From NCBI GenBank assembly GCA_965232885.1, contig CBDDQX010000002.1, forward strand, positions 13,993-77,992: DNA of 64,000 nt. Reading direction: 5' to 3'. Positions 58,448 through 64,000 of the stretch are shown here, piece after piece. The notes under the pieces were generated by a model that was not told the origin of the DNA, did not search any database, and saw only the letters and a program-made list of their open reading frames with translations. Position 1 is the stretch's first letter. Each line of letters starts with the position of its first letter. The translations under genes were made by a program, and so were the position numbers. This DNA comes from Dehalococcoidia bacterium. GTDB taxonomy: Bacteria; Chloroflexota; Dehalococcoidia; Lucifugimonadales; UBA3495.

Positions 58448-59350
58448 CTACTGAGGCGTGCGGCTGTGCGCTCTTACTTGATCGGCAGCCGTGCGTCGGT
58501 GATGGAAAATAAACTGCCCGGCGTATCCTGCGTATGGGCCGAAAAGATCACTGGCCTTTAGCAGTATGTCGCCGTCGCTTATATTCTTCCCATTGGAGAA
58601 ATACATCTTTTTCATCCCGGCGTGGATGTGCGTGTCTATGGGGAAAGCTTCCAGCTTGTCCAGTGAAAAAAGGGCTACACAATCTGCAACTTTGCTCCCT
58701 ACGCCGTGTAGCCCCTCCAGTTTTCTGATAACTGCATAGCACGAGGGATTTTTCTTCAAGTCCTCAAGGTTCAAGTCACCGGAACACACCATCTTGGCTG
58801 TCCGGGAAACACGCTCTCCAAGACTTGGAATGCCTCCGATTTTCTCGTGTAATTTGTCGGTGCCTGCTGTAGCTAGAGCAGTCGGGGTTGGGAAAGCGTA
58901 TTGGATTTCATGGGCAACGGGCAGTTTCTCTCCCCATTCCGCAGACAGGTTTTCCATTGACCGCTCTATACGCTCCACAGTATTGCGAGGGGAGCAGACG
59001 TAGGAAATCAGACACTCCCACGGTTCCTGACGCAACAGCCGCAACCCGTTGTACTTCGCTACCAACTCAGCCATTTGCTTGTCGCGTCTGAGGCTTTCGT
59101 AAATTTCGGCTATCGGGTCGTCGAGCCGGAAGTAGCTGTTCAGCAAGGATGCCGTATCCTCAACTGAGCCAGCGACACGCTCGAACTCCACATCCCTACC
59201 GTTACCGCCCACTTGGCGGATGCGAATCAGTTGGCGGCGAACGACACCACTCCACCAGTCGCATTTTTTGTCGTGACGCCAGCGGAAGGCTTGCCCGGCG
59301 CTCAGTGTCAGGTTCAGGTCAAAGGGTTGGCCTTTGGTGTCCAGGTTCAT
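58448..59350 (-). CDS. 8-oxoguanine DNA glycosylase (Ogg1-type HhH-GPD), copy 2
   Basis: GQAFRW, GLRLLRQEPWECLISYVCS, GVGSKVADCV, FPIDTH, YAGYAGQFIF. ATGA overlap with copy 1. Confidence 0.88.
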   Translation of the reverse strand: MNLDTKGQPFDLNLTLSAGQAFRWRHDKKCDWWSGVVRRQLIRIRQVGGNGRDVEFERVAGSVEDTASLLNSYFRLDDPIAEIYESLRRDKQMAELVAKYNGLRLLRQEPWECLISYVCSPRNTVERIERSMENLSAEWGEKLPVAHEIQYAFPTPTALATAGTDKLHEKIGGIPSLGERVSRTAKMVCSGDLNLEDLKKNPSCYAVIRKLEGLHGVGSKVADCVALFSLDKLEAFPIDTHIHAGMKKMYFSNGKNISDGDILLKASDLFGPYAGYAGQFIFHHRRTAADQVRAHSRTPQ

Positions 59351-60351
59351 GCTTGTTCCCATTTCTCTTTCCTGTCTCTCAAGCGCCTGCCGTGGAAAAG
59401 GTACTGGTTGGCGTACCCGGCGTACCTTCCGAAATAGCCCTGCGCCCACTCCAGCAAGACACGGTTGGCGGGCGTTTTCTGACCCTTCGACCCCGGCTCG
59501 GGAGGGAAGTACCAGTCGGCCAGGGCGCGGCGCACCCATACGTCTATGGGAAAGGCCTCCATCTTCTCCAGCGACATTAAGGCGATGCAGTCCGCAATCT
59601 TGTCGCCGATGCCCTTGAGGGCCATCAACTCGGCCTTCGCTTCCGGGTAGGGCGCGGCTACCAGATAGTCGAGGTCGAGGCGCTTTTCGGCGACGGCGAT
59701 GGCGGCCTGATGCACGTATGGCGCGCGAAAGCCCAGTTTCAGCCGCCGCAGTTCCGCTTCGCCTGCTTCAGCTAAATCCACCGGCTGGGGGAAAGTGTGG
59801 CGGGTAATGGTTTCCTCCTCTGCAACCTCCTCTCTCACCCCCAAGGGAGAGGGAGAATTAGGGCGGGGAAGCGTTAGCGGATCGCCAAATTCGTCGGAAA
59901 GGCGTTCCATATTTCGGTGAATGGTCTCGATGTTGGAGTTGGCCGAACAGATATAGGCTACCAGGCACTCCCAGGGCTCCTGCCGCAAAACCCGGAGGCC
60001 GGGGTATCGTTCCACTTGTGCAGCCACGTTCGGGTCTCCGGCTATCTCGGCTTGTATAGCTTTCAGGTCGTCATCGAGACGGAGGTGCTCCCGGATTTTG
60101 GCAATCATCGCTTGGGAGTCAGGGGAGTTGCTGAGAAACTCAATCTCAGGCGATGGATTCCCGCCTTCGCGGGAATGACCGGGAGAGAGATGGGAATGAC
60201 CGGGAGAGAGGCGGACGAGCACAAAGTCTCCGCGCAGGACTCCGCTGTACCATTCGCCTTCCCTTTTCCAGCGGTGGGCCTGCCCTCCCAACAAGCTGGC
60301 TTCGAGGTCAACGGGCTGGCCTGCGTCAAACCTGACGGTTGCGAGCGCCAC
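59347..60351 (-). CDS. 8-oxoguanine DNA glycosylase (Ogg1-type), copy 1, with REP-derived in-frame inserts
   Basis: GQAHRW, GLRVLRQEPWECL, LGFRA, GIGDKIADCI, FPIDVW, YAGYANQYLF. Confidence 0.9.
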   Translation of the reverse strand: MALATVRFDAGQPVDLEASLLGGQAHRWKREGEWYSGVLRGDFVLVRLSPGHSHLSPGHSREGGNPSPEIEFLSNSPDSQAMIAKIREHLRLDDDLKAIQAEIAGDPNVAAQVERYPGLRVLRQEPWECLVAYICSANSNIETIHRNMERLSDEFGDPLTLPRPNSPSPLGVREEVAEEETITRHTFPQPVDLAEAGEAELRRLKLGFRAPYVHQAAIAVAEKRLDLDYLVAAPYPEAKAELMALKGIGDKIADCIALMSLEKMEAFPIDVWVRRALADWYFPPEPGSKGQKTPANRVLLEWAQGYFGRYAGYANQYLFHGRRLRDRKEKWEQA

Positions 60352-63250
60352 GGCGTCCTCCCCTTCGGCTCTGCTCAGCCCTTCGGCTCCCGCTCAGGGG
60401 GGCTTCCAGCCAACGCGCCGCCAGCATTCCGACATTGGCCGTCAAGCAGGGAGTATGACGGCAGGGAGGCATAGACTCCTGGAACGCGCGGCCGTATCCG
60501 TGGCTGATTATCCGGGAGTCCAACACCACGAAATTTCCCCGGTCGTCCTTGTTGCGAATCAGACGCCCGATGCCCTGCCGGAAGCGCAATACGGCGTTGG
60601 GGATGGAGTATTCGCTGAACGGGTCATCGTACAAGGCGGAACGGGACTGAACGATGGGGTCGGAAGGCACCTGGAAGGGAAGGCGGGTTATGACCAGCGC
60701 TTTCAGCAGGCCGGAGGGCATATCTATTCCCTCCCAGAAGCTGGCCGTTCCCATAAGGACGCTGCGGGGTTCCTCTGCGAAAGCGGACATCAGGTAGGGA
60801 GCGGAGCCGTCAACGCCTTGCGCCAGCACAGGTATGCCGTGAGGTTCCAGCAGAGGACGCAGCCGCTGGGCCACCGCGCGCAGGGACGAATGAGAAGTGA
60901 ACAGCGCCAGCGTTCTCCCCTCCAGCGCCTGCCCCAACTGGGCCAGCACGTTGGCAACTGCGCCCACGTAGCCGTTGGCGTTGGGCTGCGGCATATCCTC
61001 CGGTATCAGTGCCTGGGCCGCCTTCTCGTAATCGAAAGGCGACCCTACCAGCAATTCCGAGGTTTCGCCTGCCGAGCCTGTCGAAGAGGCGCCGACTCGC
61101 CGCTTCAGGTACTCGAAATCTCCGCCAGCGCTCAGAGTTGCGCTGGTGAGCACCACGCATTCCTTCTCCGCAAACAGCTTCTCCGACAGGATTGGCCCGA
61201 CGTCCAGCGGCGCGCTATGCAGGGAGATGGCAGCCTGCGAGGGATTGACGCTGACCCAATGAATTTCGTCTTCCCTGGCTTCATGGAGAACGGAGCTGAG
61301 GCGGACGGCCAACTCGCCGATGCTGTCTTCTACCGATGCGGCCTCCATTACCAGAGCTTGCTGGTCAGCCTCCGCATCCAACCGCGTGGTTTCGAGGAAA
61401 TTCCTCAAGTTTCTGAACGCGACTTTTGCCTGGCTCAGGCGCGAATCCAGGTTCTCCCAAGCCAGGTGGAGGTCCGCCCATGCAGAATGGCTTCTAACTT
61501 CGGCAGTAATCAGGAACTGGTTCTGGTCGCCCTGGTTTCGGCCCCGGCGCTGGCTGGAATGCAAAATCTCCAGTCCGGCAAATAGCTGTTCCCATGCTTC
61601 CCGGATTCGGGGCGCTTCGGTTTCCACGGCTGTGGCGACAGCATTGCCGGCATCAGCGGCGGCTCCTTCGGGGGGCGCCGCGGCCAGGTCCATGCGCAGG
61701 GTGCTGGCCAGGCGGGCCGCAGGCTCCCATATTCGCTCAAGCTCGCCCTGCGGCAACTCAAAGCCGAACTGGTTGGTGGCAGCCTCTTCCAGGTGATGGG
61801 CTTCGTCTATGATGACATGGTCGTATTCAGGAATCAGGCCGCCGCCGAAGGCCAGGTCCGTCATCAGCAGGGCGTGGTTGACCACGATAATATGAGCCTG
61901 CTCGGCACGCTGACGGGCGGCCCGGAGGAAGCAGGAGGAGCCGTCTCGCATATCAAGACAGAAACCCTTTTCGCCTGCTGAAATGTGGTTCCAGGTGATG
62001 GCGTCGCGTCCCAGCAGGTTGATCTCTCCGCGGTCTCCCGATTCGGTCTTTTGCAGCCATACCGACGTCTTGGCCAGCAGCTTGGCGTCATCCACGGACA
62101 GCGAATCGCTGCGGGACAACTGACCCCAGCGGCGCAGGCAAAGATAGTTGGCCCTTCCCTTGAGCTGGGCGACCTTCAACGCGCCCGGTTCCAGCAGGCC
62201 GGATTCCTCCAGCACCTCCTGCAACGCGGGAATGTCCTTGCCCATTAGCTGTTCCTGGAGATTGATGGTGTTGGTGGACACCACTACCCTATGACCGCTG
62301 GACAGGGCAAACAGGGCTGCCGGGAGCAGATAGGCCAGTGATTTCCCGACGCCGGTGCCGCCCTCGATTACCAGGTGATGCTGGTTGTAGATGGCGTCGG
62401 TAACGGCGTCGAGCATTTCCTCTTGTTCCGGGCGATGCTCGAATCCTGGGAATGCCTTTGCGAAAGGTCCCTCCGGCCCCAGCATACCGTGAATTTCAAG
62501 CTCCCCGAGGTGATCGAGGCTATCCTCGGGGCGGCGTCTCTCCGGCGGCTCCAGCCGCTGCGCTATCTGTTGATGGTTCAGCCCGGAAGGCCCTACCGAC
62601 GCAGAGGAAGTGGAATGGCCTGCCGCCATACCGGAGAGCACCGGGTAAAGCGGCCAGTTGCTTCGCCGGGCCAGCTCCGTCATATAGGCCAGCAGCCCGC
62701 CGTCCTGCTCCCCGGCAATGCGCAAGAGCTTGATGTAAAGCTCCTTGTGTGCCAGTGCGTCATATACCGCACGATGGCTGCGCTGGTCACGATGGGCCTG
62801 TTCCGGCCTGATACCCAATTCATCAATCAACCTGGCCAGGGAGTAGCGTCTCTGGAAGGGAAGGAACACTGTCGCCAGGTCCAGGGTATCGAAGGCTGGG
62901 TTAGGTAGTGGCAATCCGTGGGATTCCAGGAATCCCACGTCGAAATTGACGCTGTGGCCGACGATGGGATCCCGGCCTATGAACTCTGCCAAGTCATCCC
63001 TTATCTCCGGGAAGGGGGGCGCGCGGCGGATGTCCTGGGGCGTGATGCCCGTATAGCGTTGAACGAACTCCGGGATTTCGCGGCCCGGATTGATAAAGGT
63101 CTGGAAGCTGTCCAGAACCTCGTCGCCACGAAAGCGCACCGCCCCTACTTCCAGTATTGCGTCGCTTTCGGCCTTCAGTCCAGTGGTTTCCAAGTCTATG
63201 GCGACGCAGGTCTGTTGCAAGGGGGAATGCAATTGTTGAGTAGAGGCCAT
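60326..63250 (-). CDS. dinG: DnaQ-like exonuclease fused to a DinG family helicase
   Basis: DLETTG, GHSVNFD, HRAVYDA (DEDDh); Q motif RPEQ, GTGVGKS, DEAHH, TSATL, FWEGID, QGIGRLIR. Confidence 0.93.
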   Translation of the reverse strand: MASTQQLHSPLQQTCVAIDLETTGLKAESDAILEVGAVRFRGDEVLDSFQTFINPGREIPEFVQRYTGITPQDIRRAPPFPEIRDDLAEFIGRDPIVGHSVNFDVGFLESHGLPLPNPAFDTLDLATVFLPFQRRYSLARLIDELGIRPEQAHRDQRSHRAVYDALAHKELYIKLLRIAGEQDGGLLAYMTELARRSNWPLYPVLSGMAAGHSTSSASVGPSGLNHQQIAQRLEPPERRRPEDSLDHLGELEIHGMLGPEGPFAKAFPGFEHRPEQEEMLDAVTDAIYNQHHLVIEGGTGVGKSLAYLLPAALFALSSGHRVVVSTNTINLQEQLMGKDIPALQEVLEESGLLEPGALKVAQLKGRANYLCLRRWGQLSRSDSLSVDDAKLLAKTSVWLQKTESGDRGEINLLGRDAITWNHISAGEKGFCLDMRDGSSCFLRAARQRAEQAHIIVVNHALLMTDLAFGGGLIPEYDHVIIDEAHHLEEAATNQFGFELPQGELERIWEPAARLASTLRMDLAAAPPEGAAADAGNAVATAVETEAPRIREAWEQLFAGLEILHSSQRRGRNQGDQNQFLITAEVRSHSAWADLHLAWENLDSRLSQAKVAFRNLRNFLETTRLDAEADQQALVMEAASVEDSIGELAVRLSSVLHEAREDEIHWVSVNPSQAAISLHSAPLDVGPILSEKLFAEKECVVLTSATLSAGGDFEYLKRRVGASSTGSAGETSELLVGSPFDYEKAAQALIPEDMPQPNANGYVGAVANVLAQLGQALEGRTLALFTSHSSLRAVAQRLRPLLEPHGIPVLAQGVDGSAPYLMSAFAEEPRSVLMGTASFWEGIDMPSGLLKALVITRLPFQVPSDPIVQSRSALYDDPFSEYSIPNAVLRFRQGIGRLIRNKDDRGNFVVLDSRIISHGYGRAFQESMPPCRHTPCLTANVGMLAARWLEAPLSGSRRAEQSRRGGRRGARNRQV

Positions 63251-63372
63251 TACGCTCCCGTTCCAGCGGTCAGCGGTTTTGACGCAAAGGCGCAAAGGGT
63301 TTTGAGCAAGAGGGAGTTTAGCACGGACGCCCCGATGGTTCGAGGGCTGAATGTCAGCAGAAGGCGAGCGAA

Positions 63373-64000
63373 TCAGGCGGAGTAGCGGCGGATTGCGCCG
63401 TTGCGCAGGCCAACGACCGGGTGATACTGACCGGAGTGCAGGGCCTTGAGGAACTCGGCCTCGGTGGTTATTTCGTCGTGGAACTCGGTTACGAACTTGC
63501 CTAGGCCGTGCAGCGAGTGGGCGTCGCTCCCGCCGGTTACCGGCAGGTTCAGCATTCCGGCGACTTTCAGGGCGAAGTCGTTCTCCCGGTCAACGGTTCC
63601 GCCGTTGGCGACCTCAACGGCGTCGGCCAGCTTGAAAACCGGGTGGTCTAGGGCATCCTCGGGCGCTTGGGGGAGTTCGTCGGGGACGGACTGGTAGATG
63701 AGGGCGCGGGAGCGGTTGCCGTTGCCGCTCAGCACGCCGCGGAAGGGGTGGGCCGTGATGACGAACCCGCCGGCGGCGGTGGCGGCCTTGCGCAGTTCCG
63801 CAGCCTTGTTGAATCCGGCCTGGTATTTGTCCAAGCCGAAAGCGAGCATATGGCCCATGTCGGTTTCCACTTCCATGGCCCGAATCAGCACCACGCTGTG
63901 CAGTGCGGCGAACTTCTGGAATTCATGGCGATCCCAAGGCCCGGCGTGTTCGGTGATGCAGAGGCCGCGCAGTCCCAGCCGGTCGGCCTCGAGCACCATG
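63373..64000 (-). CDS. PHP-domain protein, 5' part beyond the window edge
   Basis: ITEH, GHMLAFG, AHPFR, EVANG, GGSDAH. Confidence 0.85.
   Translation of the reverse strand, partial: MVLEADRLGLRGLCITEHAGPWDRHEFQKFAALHSVVLIRAMEVETDMGHMLAFGLDKYQAGFNKAAELRKAATAAGGFVITAHPFRGVLSGNGNRSRALIYQSVPDELPQAPEDALDHPVFKLADAVEVANGGTVDRENDFALKVAGMLNLPVTGGSDAHSLHGLGKFVTEFHDEITTEAEFLKALHSGQYHPVVGLRNGAIRRYSA

Overview
A 64 kb, GC-rich chromosomal window that is mostly core genes. Gene content and protein style suggest Chloroflexota, probably Dehalococcoidia/SAR202-like (inference only). Housekeeping blocks: glyA-rpsF-ssb-rpsR, hom-thrC-folE, tRNA-Thr/Tyr/Thr-tuf-rpmG-secE-nusG-rplKAJL, apt, mutS...mutL, rnc-ftsY, a CCA-adding-type nucleotidyltransferase, and dnaQ-dinG followed by two Ogg1-like glycosylases. 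Other blocks: an MshA-like/PIG-L cluster, a stand-alone nuoE-nuoF-nuoG/FDH-like operon plus fpr behind a Rex-like operator, and a GT-C/flippase envelope locus with a local burst of frameshifts. The main hidden signal is three genes that the ORF track splits at an in-frame TGA sitting at a redox-active Cys position, so they are probable selenoproteins. They are a UGSC protein resembling the glycine/proline reductase selenoprotein-B C-terminus (UxxCxxC), paired with an uncharacterised partner; a DsbA-like protein heading the rnc-ftsY operon; and an ArsC/Spx-like UxxC protein between mutS and mutL. Also seen: several families of short palindromic repeats, some inserted in-frame in proteins; two MITE-like elements with nested REPs; two apparent pseudo-enzymes; candidate ACG starts; and a 257-nt gene overlap. 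All family calls come from reading motifs, not from database searches.
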